Part shown: positions 13,850 to 27,110 of the stretch, piece by piece
How the letters are laid out: every line of letters starts with the position of its first letter
Numbering within the stretch: position 1 is the stretch's first letter
Translations under genes and position numbers: made by a program
The notes under the pieces: generated by a model
Database searches by the model: none
What the model saw: the letters and a program-made list of their open reading frames with translations, nothing else
What the model was told of the DNA's origin: nothing
NCBI RefSeq assembly: GCF_006345805.1
Contig: NC_043004.1
Location: forward strand, 46,872,001 to 46,936,000
Source of the DNA: Octopus sinensis
Lineage: Eukaryota
Reading direction: 5' to 3'
Length of the DNA: 64,000 nucleotides

Positions 13850-14047
13850 ATATATATGGGGAAAGTTTACGAAAAAATCTAAAAACGAAAGGCAGGTGAT
13901 GTACAAAACAAACAGATGTATTAGTATAACGCTCAGGAATGGAAAAAGTCTTTTACGTTTCGAGCCTACGTTCTTCTACAGAAAGGGACACAGAAAAAAA
14001 CAAGGAGAGAAAAAATATGTGTAGTGGCTAATGATCTATCATGGCGA
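13850..14047 (-). mobile_element. PLE-type tail, family B, HHR-like motif at 13946-13990
   Basis: Reverse-complement homolog of 16185-16352. Confidence 0.65.
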
Positions 14048-14803
14048 CTATATATATATATATATCTTTACGTATACAAATCTTTATATGTGTGCGCGTG
14101 TGTATTAATAATTATACAGAAAATACACCGAATTTTTATACTCATATATATATTTATGAAATGATATCTTTGTATATAACCGGTTTTCATTTTCTAAGAA
14201 ATTATTAACGTGTGCTACAAAATTTCCACCAAATTTGTGTATACCCCTTTTATGTCTGCGCAGTGGAACAACATGCGTTTAATGAAAAGACTACAATTAT
14301 TGAAAAAATATCAACCCTGCCTAAATATGAACAAGTAATCAATTTTGATTACAATTTTATTCGATCAATTCGATCCAATTAATTATAATTATGCATAAAT
14401 TAATCGGCATGTAATTAATTCACTTTACCATCACAAAATGAGGAAGTACCAACCATATTTTTGATAACAACAATTATTGATTACTCCCCTAAAATTTTAT
14501 TTATTTAAGGCGTATGCTATCATACTCGAAAAACAACTAATTATGGTAGTATTAAATTATAACATCGTCACTAATTACTTAATCATGAATAACTTACAAA
14601 AGCAAACCGGTGCCTTTTATAAACATTTTATTTCAAAAAGCTTTCTTAATCTTTCAAAGCATCTCAATGTTTTTTATTTCGATTCTGGAGGTTTTCCTTA
14701 CACATACATACATACATACATACATACATACATACATACATACATACATACATACATACACAGTCATATATATATACATTTATATATGTATATATATATA
14801 TAT

Positions 14804-15018
14804 ATTCAAAATGTGACCGCGTGTGTATCGTTGACGATTTTTCCTCCGTATTCTCTTCCTTGGATCTTTCCTTTTCCTATGTTTCTGACGAAGAGCACCG
14901 CTCGAAACGTTAAATCCGGCTTCTTTCTTTCCTTTCCTTAGCGTCCAATAAAACTATACTTGTTCCACGTCCTCGCGTTGACGTGCTTTCTCTTTGTGTG
15001 TTCATGTTTGGATTAACT
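14804..15018 (+). mobile_element. PLE-type tail, family A, HHR-like motif at 14882-14914
   Basis: TTT-CTGACGA-A-GAGC(acc)GCTC-GAAA-CGT-T-AAA. Confidence 0.7.
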
Positions 15019-15121
15019 ATATATATATATATATATATATAAAACAACTTAACCATATTCTTGAAGTCTGCCAGTAAATTTTAACTCCTATTTTTCTTAC
15101 ACACACACATACACACACACG

Positions 15122-15217
<96 letters not shown>

Positions 15218-15504
15218 ATATTATAAAGAAAAATATATAAGTTGAATACCTAGCGTAATAAGTAATTCTATATATATATCACAAAGGAAAAGGAAATTAT
15301 ATATTGACTATCATTGACGTAGCTGTTTCTGCTATAAGGTACTTGTAGTTGACGTATGCCTCCGTCGGTTTTGAAGCATGTGTGTATGTAGTGCTAAGAC
15401 ATGGATATTAGTATCCTTACATCTAAGTGAAGTGTACGTATGTGTGTATGTGTGCGTGTGTGCGCGCGCGTGTGTACATACATACATACATATAAATACA
15501 TATG

Positions 15505-15665
15505 TAGATGTCTTTGTGGTTAAAGCTTTAGCCACATGTCGACGGAGTTTCAGACTACATGTCCCAGCGCACAACATTGGGTAATTCACATTTACTATAC
15601 CCCAGGCCAACCGATGTGTATACGAACTATGTTTACAAACAACTATGCCGAAACACGACGTTACT
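15505..15665 (+). mobile_element. Degraded CORE-type SINE (S2)
   Basis: gtggttaaagc...gtcccagcgcacaacattgggtaa...tactataccccaggccaacc follows the S2 head and CORE region. Confidence 0.5.
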
Positions 15666-15698
15666 ACATATATGCGGGAGAATGTGTGCATGTCTAGG

Positions 15699-16075
15699 TG
15701 GCACACCGTCGGTTATGACGACGAGGGTTCCAGTTGATCTGATCAACGGAACAGCCGGCTCGTGAAATTAACGTACAAGTAGCTGAGCACTCCACAGGTA
15801 CGTGTACCCTTAACGTAGTTCAGGGGCAGATTCAGCGAGACACAGAGTGTAACAAGGATGGCCCTTTGACATACAGGTACAACAGAAACAGGAAGAAAGT
15901 GTGGGAGAAATTTGTGGTGAAATAGTACAGCAGGGTTCACAACCACCCCTGCCGGAGCCTCGTGGAGCTTTAGGTGTTTTCGCTCAATAAGAACTCACAA
16001 AACCCGGTCTGGGAATCGAAACCATGATCCGACCATCGGGAGTCCACTGCCTTACCACTTGGCCATTGCCCTCCG
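15699..16075 (-). mobile_element. tRNA-derived SINE (family S3)
   Basis: Minus strand GGAGGGCAATGGCCAAGTGGTAAGG...GTTTCGATTCCCAGACCGGG head; tail GAACTACGTTAAGGGTACACG...GGAACCCTCGTCGTC. Confidence 0.8.
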
Positions 16076-16184
16076 TGTGTATGCATATTTTAATACACAA
16101 AACTGTTATTATTGTCATTACTTTATTTTTATATTTATTTTTATACTTTCTAAACTTTCCTGTGACCCTTCTGTCCGGTACTAG

Positions 16185-16352
16185 TCGCCATGATACATCG
16201 TTAGCCACTACCCACAAGTCCTTTTCTGTAGAAGAGCGTAGGCTCGAAACGTAAAATACTTTTTCTGTTCCTGAGCATTATACTAATACATCTGTTTGTT
16301 TTGTACACTACCTGTCTTTTGCTTCTTGCGTAAACTCTCCCTACATATATAT
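16185..16352 (+). mobile_element. PLE-type tail, family B, HHR-like motif at 16216-16260
   Basis: CTTTT-CTGTAGA-A-GAGC(gtag)GCTC-GAAA-CGT-A-AAA. Confidence 0.65.
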
Positions 16353-16382
16353 ATATTATGAAAGTTGTATATATATGTATAT

Positions 16383-16447
<65 letters not shown>

Positions 16448-17829
16448 AAGTTTGTATATGTGTATGCGTTACCATTTGCGTTAGTATTTCAAAGGGATTC
16501 AAGATGTCATCACCTCTCACTATTAATCTGTAATATGCTTATATTGTATTTAAATATTACCCTTTCTGCTCCACATCCTTAGAGGTGCATTGCTTTAAAG
16601 ACTGTTTTTTAATGAAGTCGTTATTTTGAAATGATAAACCAGCTGCTAGAATATATAGTAAAGAAAGGGGAAAGCGATGATTCAATTGCTACATTTCAAT
16701 TATTGCACTTAATGTGCCTTATAGAATCCCAACTTTATGTCATCAAGGAAATTTATAGAACTTCAAATTTAGATAACTTTTGCTGAAAGTAATACTGCAA
16801 ACGCAGGAATCACATTTATCTTAGCAGTGGTATCAGTGGAATTTAGTGGTCGAACGCTAATTAATAACCTTGCAAGCTTGATTAGTAATCCGGTCATCAT
16901 TCACCTGGTCTTAACAGTAACTGATTGATCTCAATTTTAGTGACACTTAATTAGTTTAGATATCTCCATTTATTTCGTTACGCAAAATCAGTCGATGTAT
17001 AATTTATGCCCATCGCTTCGTTTAAGAGCTTGCAGTGAAGCTCTTCCTAAAAGTCTTTGAAAGTCATCTTATGCCAACTGCTCAAATTTCTCACTCGAAA
17101 TGTTAGTGCACCTGGAATTATAATTAAACATTTCAGTAAAATCTAATCATAGTATTATATACAAGTCGGAAAATTAATCCCAAAGGGTAAATGATATTTC
17201 GACTGAAATATTTGAAAGTAAGAATCTTACTAGCTAAATATAATTAAAATCCTATTCTTCATTGTAATGTATACAGTGTTATCAAAGGGCTTTTCAACAC
17301 ACCTTGTTTTCGTTGTTTTTTCTATGTTAAAACTAAATAGATAGAAAAAAAGAACACCCCAAAGCATACATATTATATGAAAGTGTTACTTACCTATGAA
17401 TATTAGGGCAATTTTATACAAGAATCGCATTCAAGGTTTTGCCTGAGGATCTCAGAATATGTTGGATATTGATTTCTTTATTTTTGTCTTTTCGAAATAC
17501 CTTCAAACCCTTAAGTGACACTCTGAAAGTTTTCTATCATTAGTGTACCTTTTTCAACGATGTTGGTGACTTCCCATATTACAACATCAAGTCCCGTAAA
17601 GTTTATCTAAATCATGTATAAAATTCTCTATTAATATTGTCTTTGCATCGCTTCAGTTTTGCAGGGTTTGCCATATTAAAAAGCAAATATCAGTATATTT
17701 ACTTATGAAAGCAACTTTTATTATTTACGCTCTTTGGTAAATGACATGGCGATAGTTTCTTTTTTAACAAACCTACCTCCTGCACTATATATACCCATTA
17801 TCTATATGGTATGCTTAATTTATATGTTT

Positions 17830-18085
17830 GTGTGAAGGCACGTGCCGTAGTGAGCAGGATGTTGCACACAGATTTCAATCTCTGACTGGGCGATGCTTGC
17901 ATTCTTGACCGAACACTTCAGTTCCCGTTGATCCAATCCCTCTTCCGATCACGGGTGGGGGAATATCGGCCTGCTGGGGCTCACCAGCAGGGTGACATTA
18001 TTTGACGTCTAAAACAGTGCAAAAGAGTATTGTGACCAGTGATGTGTAACATCATCCGATATCTGGCCGATAACGCGATAAATAT
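17830..18085 (+). mobile_element. Diverged tRNA-derived SINE
   Basis: tRNA-like head gtgtgaaggcacgtgccgtagtg...ttcaatctctgactgggcg and a repeat-like 3' part. Confidence 0.5.
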
Positions 18086-18103
18086 ATATATATATGTATA
18101 TAT

Positions 18104-18176
<73 letters not shown>

Positions 18177-19922
18177 CAGATACATTACCAAAATGTTGTA
18201 CTTAATGATGAGAGACTGTTATATGTGAATAGTTTATGCTAAAGGATAATTGCTATACAATCTATGACAGTGAATTGAAAATATTAATACGAAAGTGAAC
18301 TTTTGAAAATATTTTTAGTAGTAGCATTTAAACAGAATATTAGTTATGTGCATGTAAGGCAATTGTCAAAACATTCATGGGCTTCAAGCACCAGTAAATC
18401 TTACAAGTATGGTTTCATATCCAAGCGATATAAAACGTGGTGGCTATTACTATATAGTAACTATAATAAGTAGACGTTCGTTAGGCTTCCAATGATACAA
18501 TTGTACTTATTGTAATTATGTCAGAATTGTATGACTATAAAGATTCTCCAGTTGAAAAGAAAACTCGGTAATATTGAATGACGAGAGTTTTAACGGGCTT
18601 TGCCTACTTCAAATCAAACTTAATTTACTAGATTAATGATAATGTAGCAATAAATTAAGTTGGAATAATTTAAATGGATTCTTGCTAAAACCTTAAGTGT
18701 CCGTCGCAGGTTCTCGCAGATTTCTTTCAAGTCAATGTTATTTTGATTGCTCTATATCTATAAAACATCGTGTGTGATTCAAGAAATCAAACCTAAACTG
18801 CACTTGTTGCCGCATCGGAAAGATTTGTTTTTCTATATCAATCACGGTTAATTATGCTAAAACCTGATAGGGCGTGAATATTGGCCTGGCTCATATTATT
18901 ACGACCGTTAAAAACACTCATTTTTCTCAAGTCCATTAAGCTGTTTGAATACAAATCTCGAAATTGCAAATTTGATGAGATATTTTTTTTTTGTGTGTGT
19001 GTGATACAATTTAGTGCCCTTTCGAAAATGGTTTCATTTTAATCTGAAATCTGCTGGGACACTATGATTGCAAAATGGAGACGAATATCCAATTTTGAGA
19101 ATATTATAAAATGCTCATAATCGAAGTGATTGAAAGGTCATTACAAATTGTTGAAAATTCATTTCAGGCACAATACAATTTAGAGCAGTTAACGGAACAT
19201 ACAAGCAATTAGTTAACGCGTTATTTACGCAATCAATTCCCTTCAAATATATTGAGAAACATGTGTAACATAGTAGCTGACAAGTAAATCGTAGTAAATA
19301 CAATAATCTTTTCTTTAATTTGTAAAGAGTCTAATATCCAGGAGAAACTAAAGATTTAAAAGAAAATAGTGTAATTCTATTTATTCTTTGTTTACAAAGG
19401 ATTGACTTGGATGTCTTTCTTTAATACTGTATTGCAAGCTGTATTCTAATCGTAGTCAAATGATATTACTTAAATTTTTACAAACTTTTATCTCTACGAA
19501 AACAAACTAACGTAGGCACATTACAAACTAAATATCAACTTCTCACCAAATCAATTTTCATATGAAAACTGATGTTAGTTCATATTTTTCATACCTGAAA
19601 TCGTGGGGAAACTCTACCAGACTCCAATCGATATAATGAGCGATGCGGTGTCAATACTTTACACCTATGTTATCCTCTTCACAACGAAGCAAATACATTT
19701 ATTGCCCGCTATAAAACTAGCTGACATATTCAATAAATAAAAAGCTATAATATTTCTTTACAACGTATTCTCATAGATATATTATTATCAGTAGGTTAAC
19801 TGCGACTTCTGTGACCCACAATTTCTTTAATATTGTTTATTTCGTATTTTGCATTAACTTGTGAAAATATTTACGTCTTTGTTTCATTTTGAATTTGTTA
19901 ATATATCGATTATGCATGGTTT

Positions 19923-19981
<59 letters not shown>

Positions 19982-19984
19982 TTA

Positions 19985-20263
19985 AGGGTAGAAATTGATA
20001 TTTATCAATTAAGACCAGTGGTCTAGCATATTAAAAAAGAATCCGAAGATTAAAATATTTATATATACCAATTAAGGACTGAACACGAAAAGTGGACAGT
20101 CAACATGCTAGATATAGACGTCAAATCGCCATTCACCACAAAGATTTATTGCTATGGTTTTGTGTTGAGTTTGATCTGAGAACATAATCTTTTGTGGTGA
20201 ATGGCGATTTGACGTCTATATCTAGCATGTTGACTGTCCACTTTTCGTGTTCAGTCCTTAATT

Positions 20264-20272
<9 letters not shown>
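19985..20272. repeat. PLE-type tail fragment with inverted duplication (arms 20061-20145 and 20187-20272, ~41-bp spacer)
   Basis: Arms are reverse complements except for a 1-nt indel. Confidence 0.8.
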
Positions 20273-20294
<22 letters not shown>

Positions 20295-20301
<7 letters not shown>

Positions 20302-21453
20302 TTAGCAAAAATTTTAATTCAGATGAATATGGTTCTTAAGTTGAGGCTTCAGGATTTAGTACGGTATTATCGATACAATTTCAAAATAAGTTGATTAGAA
20401 TAAAAATAAGCAACAAGGATATGCAGTACGATCGTTTCATGTTTCATGCAACCACATTTAATTGAACAATGCAACAATTACATCACTTTCAATGCAGATC
20501 AATTCTCAGCTGTTCAAAAACATTAAATTTAATTAAAATTAAAACAATACTGGTACATTCACTACTTAAAATAAACTGCTTATATTATAATTAAATTAAT
20601 ATATGGTTAGCATGTTATTTTACCTCTGTACACCTATATTAAATACCAGTAATATCAATTGATCAATATTCACTTATACCATCTGATAAGTTAGTATTTA
20701 AGTTTATAATATGTATAAATATTAAACTATTTCTGGGTAATTTCTTTTCCTCTCTCTTTTGTGGTAAAAGTTTGGTATATACTCAAAAGGTATACATAAA
20801 ACCTTTTATCCTTTTGTTATAATTCTTCTGAATAGTTCTAAACTTTAACTTTATACAATATAGCAGTATTGCTTAAAATATTAACTATAGTACTACATGA
20901 TCAGATTTTCCCTGTTTCATTAAGAATGACCTGCTAGTGGCCAGTCCCCTGAATTGCCAGCTAACATCTTGATTTAATTTTTCCTTTACCAAATCTCATG
21001 ATATTGTTTCAAAAAAATCTTGATTTTTATGATTATACCCACTAGGATTTCTGTCGACTCCCTCAGCCATACCCCATACAGGCACTGTACTGTTCTCTCG
21101 GCCTTAGATATACAAGGTTTTGATAAAAAATAGTCTATTAATTAAAACTGACACCATAAAACAGATGACAAGCACAATCTGTAACAAGTCTTTCTTCCTG
21201 ATACCTTAGTAGCTTCTAAGTGAAAGTGAAAGCAGCATGTTCTTTGTCTATCTCCTTAAGTTCTTGGATATTTTAGACAAAATTCTACTAATGTGTTCGT
21301 TTGCTTTAATTTAATTTAATCCTATGTCTTTATGTAGCTGAGGGTTGTTCTGCATTTAAATAGATGTAATGGAGGCATTGTTCAATTAAATGGAGTTGCG
21401 TGAAACGATCGTACTGCATTACGTCTGGATATCCTTGTTGCTTATTTTGATCA

Positions 21454-21460
<7 letters not shown>
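20295..21460 (-). mobile_element. Old 5'-truncated Penelope-like element with an inverted terminal copy
   Basis: ~20400-20530 and ~21300-21450 are diverged inverted copies (aagcaacaaggatat...cagtacgatcgtttca versus tgaaacgatcgtactg...atatccttgttgctt). The interior has only weak GIY-YIG-like traces. Confidence 0.55.
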
Positions 21461-21511
<51 letters not shown>

Positions 21512-21773
21512 TATTTATTTATTTATTTATTTATTTATATAAACCATTCTGCTTAAATAATGGAACTGTAGATACAATATACATACATAAACTTTTATTT
21601 CATTCCTCCACTTCACTCTGTATTTCATATCTTCTCAATAATAACTTTCAAACATTTTCTTGCACCATCTCTGATAAAGGGATATATAAAATATCCCTGA
21701 AACAGCTGCAAGACCTTCTCTTTATAAATATTCTTAAAACTTTCACAACCTTGGATTTCTATCACATTCTGTT

Positions 21774-21814
<41 letters not shown>

Positions 21815-21817
21815 ATG

Positions 21818-21881
<64 letters not shown>

Positions 21882-21903
21882 TATATATATAAATGTATGT
21901 GTA

Positions 21904-21967
<64 letters not shown>

Positions 21968-23744
21968 GCGTTATTACTACAAGTTAATATCTCAGCTGTA
22001 ATGGGACTCTAATAAATGTATTTATATTTAATGGAAAAATTATATATTTGGTATTAATTTGTTCCTCAATTGGTTTTTCAGGCTGGCTACTTCATAAATT
22101 CTTATACAAATTTTATCCGTATACTTCAATAAAAAATTAAACTGAAATATATTTAGTGCTGAATTATTCCTACTATACATATACACGTGTGACGGAGATG
22201 GACTTGTTAATTCTGAGTTTTTCATGGATATATAAGTGCGAACATTTGTATATGCTCTATTAGATACGTTTGTTGTTTGCTTGGTTTCGATGCTTATATT
22301 TATATGTTCTGATTATATCGTTCTGACTGTTGGAGAGTATTTTATACATGCTGATCAGGAAATCGTTAATGATATGCGACTAAATCCGTTTCTAAAAGAT
22401 ACCCTCCATGTTTCATTCCCTCGCTTTCGGTGACGTGTATATTTATTGAAGTAGTTTGACTTAAGAGTTCCATTACTGCGTGAAGCATTTACTTATAGTA
22501 ATAGGTCTTGTTATAATTAATGTATTTATATTTAAAAGAAATATATACTTTGTATTATTTTTTCTAAATTGTTTTTTTTTGCGTTGGCTACTTAATAATT
22601 TTTTATATAGATTTTATCCTCATATTCTATATGTGTGTGTGTGTTTGTATATGTGTGTATGTGTATGGGCTTACAGATAGATAGATATACATAAACGTAC
22701 ATAAAGATATTTATGTATATATATAGACATAGAGAGAGAGAGCCCGAGTAAGGAATAGATTGATACGTGTGCACGTACACAACCATACCCAGACACATAT
22801 ACACACACTCATGCACACACGCGCACACATATATGTGTTAGTGTGTGTGCGTGAGTGTGTATGACTAAGAGAAAATGGATTGGACAGCATTCTTTATCTC
22901 AAATCATTACAATTGTTTCCACGCATCGTTATGGATTTTGTAGATTGGTGATATGATATAACTAGCATATTATGCAATCACTCATATCAATCAACGATGT
23001 AAATTGTGTTTCTTGAGGTGATGATTTTTCAGTAATTACTACATTAGATCATATACTCCGTACAAATATGAGTACCCAAACGCAGCATGCTATTTTAAGC
23101 AATCCACAGACAAATCTGGGTGTTTCAATCGTTGTTGTCAGTGTGTAACTGCTATTCTTTAGTATCACCTGTCCATGTTCGAATGGAAGTCTGAAATTTA
23201 AATGATGAGAATCAGATGTCTTTCATTTTGTCATTTCTTTCAGTAGGTAATGACATTTCAGCATATATACATTCAATGCATCGTGTTTATCTAGAAGGTA
23301 ATGGAAAAGAAAATACCTTAGTTTCATCGTCAAAAACCTTTAACAAATGTGTTCCAAGTTCAAATTCGGTAGGTGTCGGCAAACTTTTCATACTTCCAGA
23401 AACAGGTCGAGGAATATGATTTAAATGGTGGAAGAATATAATCGAGTATACACCTTCCCGAAATGTGAAACTTGCTGCCTATATAAGATATCATTCATAT
23501 GATTCTTAGGATGCGTTTTGAATTACTTCTCATAATTAATATTGTAGCGTAAACTGCGAATGTGAGCAAAGCACAAATATTACGAGGATGTAGGTTTACA
23601 CAAAGGGCATTGACTTTAGATAAAACTTTAGGAATCATCAAGGACAATATATGTGTGATTTTTTATAAGAATAAACAAGAAATAAGGCAAATGATCTAAG
23701 ATAAGAGAGAGAAGAAATGGGGATGATAATAGTTGATATTTGTT

Positions 23745-24338
23745 TTTCGAGAGCATTGATCACAATGTCTGGTCGGTTGGAGTCACTTTTTCTCTCTGTT
23801 TGTAATGGTAAGATTGAAAGGATGTTGACGCCCTCCCCATTTACTGCATATTCTGGATGGTGCCTGTACCACATATCATGGGATTTAATTTTGTAGTGTT
23901 TACAATTATTCCAGTGGATGCACTTCCCTAATCTGTCATGTCTTATGAGGTACTCCTTTTCAGCGAGGACTGGTAAACCAGAAATAACATGATTAATTCT
24001 CTGTGAAATTTCCGTAAATTCTGCACGAGGGGTCAGATCCGTCTTTAAAGACGTTTGCATGGTAGTTTCTGGCAGGTAATCTCCGATCTTGCGCTGCAAT
24101 AAAAAAAAACCTTGTGTTTCCCCTTTCAGACATATCCCTTGTAGCCATTGGTGTGTTAGATCAATATCTGGCTTGAACAGGCAGTTTAGCGTATGTCCCA
24201 TGTAGGAGTGTACCTTTCCAGTTGTCCTCGATATTATTCATGCAAGCCATCTTTACATTTTCTTTGATGTGTTTTGCATCAGTGATAAGTTTGTCGCTAT
24301 TTGGGTGTCTTTTGTTCATTCTTACTGCTACATTTTAG
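23745..24338 (-). mobile_element. R4/Dong-like RLE LINE remnant (CCHC region)
   Basis: HQWLQG..LKGETQGF; LAEKEYLIRHDRLGKCIHW; WYRHHPE; RPDIVI. Confidence 0.85.
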
Positions 24339-24361
24339 GCCATCATCATCATAATCATCAT

Positions 24362-24409
<48 letters not shown>

Positions 24410-24431
24410 TATTATTATTATTATTATTATT
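24339..24431. repeat. (CAT)n(TAT)n microsatellite
   Basis: Direct reading. Confidence 0.95.
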
Positions 24432-24812
24432 CAGTAGTTTTATTTTTATAACGTGCTTTCACATCACTACCGAGCGCAGATCTGTGTGCCTTGGGTATGT
24501 GCTGTAGTTTGCAGTGATGCTCTTATAGTTACTGTAGGAATGTGTTTTGCGTAGGAAGTGTGCTGTGCCCAGTAGTGCAATTTTCTGTATATTATATATA
24601 TTTGTAAGTCCTGGTGATTTTGTTATGTATTTGTCTGAACATTTTTTATCATACTTAATGCGCCGACTATGATAGGAATTGTTTCCGTTTCTAGATTCCA
24701 CATTCAAGTTTCCAGGTTTTGTATTCTGAAAGTTTCTCCATTGCTTTTAGAGATACGTTGTCATCTGCTGGTATTGATACATCAATTAGAAAGCATTCTT
24801 TTTCTTCATGAT
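24432..24812 (-). mobile_element. R4/Dong-like 3' remnant (RLE second half and 3' UTR)
   Basis: FLIDVSIPADDNVSL; IQKIALLGTAHFLRKT; ends at a (TAA)n/(TGA)n array. Confidence 0.85.
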
Positions 24813-25497
24813 CTGTGCTACCCAACAGCAATAATTAAGAGCTAGTTACATCAAATATAGAATAGACAAGATATCAGAAATTGATAAGTGGAGAATGCGT
24901 GGGCAAAATACTGAAACAGTATGACATAATACAATTCAATGTACGCCACTAGCCCAGAAATAATAAAAGAGACGTCATGACTATATAGCAAGGATTGTCC
25001 ATTTGAGACTTTGCAAGATGTAGGGACTTGAGAGAGCAAAAAAGCCGCACGTACATAAAACCGAAGACATCATCGAAGATGATAACGCAAAGATCATATC
25101 GGATTTTATGATTCGGTGCGACCATGAAATAGAGAATAGGAAACCAGACATAGTTTTACTTGAGAAAGGAAGTAAACGAGGCTAGATCATACATATAGCA
25201 TGTCCAGCTCACAACAAGGTATACGGTTAGGAAGGAAAAAAGGCGATAGATATAACAGGTTAGCTTGGGTAATTTTACCAATAATTGCCGAAGCCCCGGG
25301 AACAGTGTGTAAAAACCTTGGAACAAATAGGTACTGCAATAAGAGTGGAATACTTCCAGAAAACAGCACTGCTTGGAACGCTCGCAATCTCCGGTAGCTG
25401 CTCGAAAAAGAAGTTGTACTACGGTAGTTCACATGTAGTGAACAACTGATAGTGTAGTACATATCCAGCATTAGAAGCTGTGCAAAGGCAATAAACA
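24813..25497 (+). mobile_element. R4/Dong-like remnant, different subfamily
   Basis: LRASYIKYRIDK..; ETV*H; PLAQK**KRRHDYIARIVH; DFMIRCDHEIENRKPDIV; QKTALLGT; followed by (CTA)n(TAA)n. Confidence 0.8.
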
Positions 25498-25498
25498 A

Positions 25499-25509
25499 TA
25501 CTACTACTT

Positions 25510-25564
<55 letters not shown>

Positions 25565-25605
25565 AACTACTACTACTACTACTACTACTACTAATAATAA
25601 TAATA

Positions 25606-25650
<45 letters not shown>

Positions 25651-25667
25651 TAATAATAATAATAATG
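25499..25667. repeat. (CTA)n(TAA)n microsatellite
   Basis: Direct reading. Confidence 0.95.
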
Positions 25668-26845
25668 ATATACAAAACAACCACAATTGGACTGGCAAAA
25701 TATATTGAAATAACGAATGATTCGATGCTAAAGCTCGTGGAAAATCACGAGAGACGAAAGAAGCTTCATTCTATCATAAAGGAAAACAAAAAATTTGCTA
25801 TTGATCTCGTGCAGGATACCCAAACAGAACAACCCGAGGGATGTACGGCAACTATTGTTGCAAAGAAGGTGAAAAAAATGGCAACGAAAAAAGTGCACGA
25901 GCAATTGGCTGATAGGTGGGAGGAGAAACCTCTGCACGGCAAATATGTGGCCCGCAGCAAACAAGCTGATGTTGACCAGAAGCAAACCCATCAGTGGCTA
26001 CGGAGCTCAGGGCTAAGAGCAGAGAGCGAAGGTTTCATCCTGGCCGCTCAAGATCAAAGCCTATTAACCCGGAACTACCAGGCCAATGTAATGAAAAATG
26101 GAGCAGACCCAAAATGCCGATTCTGCAATGACATGATTGAAACAGTGGACCACCTAATCTCTGGATGTAAAGTCTTAGCACCAGTGGAGTATAAATTAAG
26201 ACATGACAGAGTTGCCAAATATCTACACTGGCTAATAAGTCGGCATTACAATATCAAAATTGCCGACAAGTGGTATAATCACCACCCTGAAGCTGTAACT
26301 GAAGGAGAAAGTGTAACGATTCTGTGGGACTTTCCAGTACATACAGACCGAACCATCAAAGCCAATAAACCAGATATTGTTGTGAAAGACAAAAATAATA
26401 AAGTTTGCTTATTGATTGACATGAGCATCCCCTGTGATCATAATATCTCGGCGAAAGAGTTTGACAAGCTCAGAAAATATAAAGACCTGCTCATTGAAAT
26501 TGAGAAAATGTGGCATCTCAAGGCGGTTACAATACCAGTGATCGTAGGAGCACTAGGAATGATCAAGAAGGGAACCGAAAATTATATGAGAATGATCCCT
26601 TGCTTACCATCCCTGCAAGAAGTGCAAAAGATTGTCTTAACTGGTACGTCACACGTATTGAGAAGAGCATTGTCGATGTGAGAATTATTACTACCCATGT
26701 ATTTTAATTTAACTTAAAAAAAAAATTAACGAACTATTGAGTTTAGTTTAATGGCCTACCAATGTATACTATGAGTTTCTTTGCCCTAGGAGTCGGGAAG
26801 ACACTCGGCAAGAAACGGAAGCAAATTTGAAAGAAGAAGAAAAAA
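25668..26845 (+). mobile_element. 5'-truncated R4/Dong-like LINE with an uninterrupted ~337-codon C-terminal ORF (CCHC + PD-(D/E)xK RLE) and 3' UTR
   Basis: ORF 25647..26681: CRFC..MIETVDHLISGC zinc knuckle, RHD, KPDIV...LIDMSIP...KYKDL. Flanked by (TAA)n on both sides. Confidence 0.95.
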
Positions 26846-26862
26846 TAATAATAATAATAATA

Positions 26863-26936
<74 letters not shown>

Positions 26937-26945
26937 AACAACAAC

Positions 26946-26979
<34 letters not shown>

Positions 26980-26997
26980 TTAATAATAATAATAATA
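26846..26997. repeat. (TAA)n(TGA)n(CAA)(TAA)n compound microsatellite
   Basis: Direct reading. Confidence 0.95.
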
Positions 26998-27110
26998 AAA
27001 TGTACTGAAACCTATTTGAAAATGATTCTATGCTTACCATCCCTAAAGGAAGTGCAAAAAATCGTGTTAACTCGAACGGCTTATGTACTGAGAAGAGCAT
27101 TATTGCTGTG
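26998..27110 (+). mobile_element. Very short 3'-end copy of the same R4/Dong family
   Basis: TETYLKMILCLPSLKEVQKIVLTRTAYVLRRAL* versus TENYMRMIPCLPSLQEVQKIVLTGTSHVLRRAL at the end of the 25647 ORF; preceded by (TAA)n. Confidence 0.85.

Noticed and set aside
17388-17530. Strong minus-strand donor TAG|GTAAGT
   Set aside because: All three frames upstream contain stops for the plausible acceptors; the motif is expected by chance.
21660-21740. KGIYKIS.../SCKTF resembling a GIY-YIG motif
   Set aside because: Needs frameshifts, lacks YIG, and has no supporting downstream motifs.
23310-23485. Minus-strand open stretch AASFTFREGVYSIIFFHHLNHIPRP...DETK with donor AAG|GTATTT
   Set aside because: Weak acceptor, no recognisable protein, and no partner exons.
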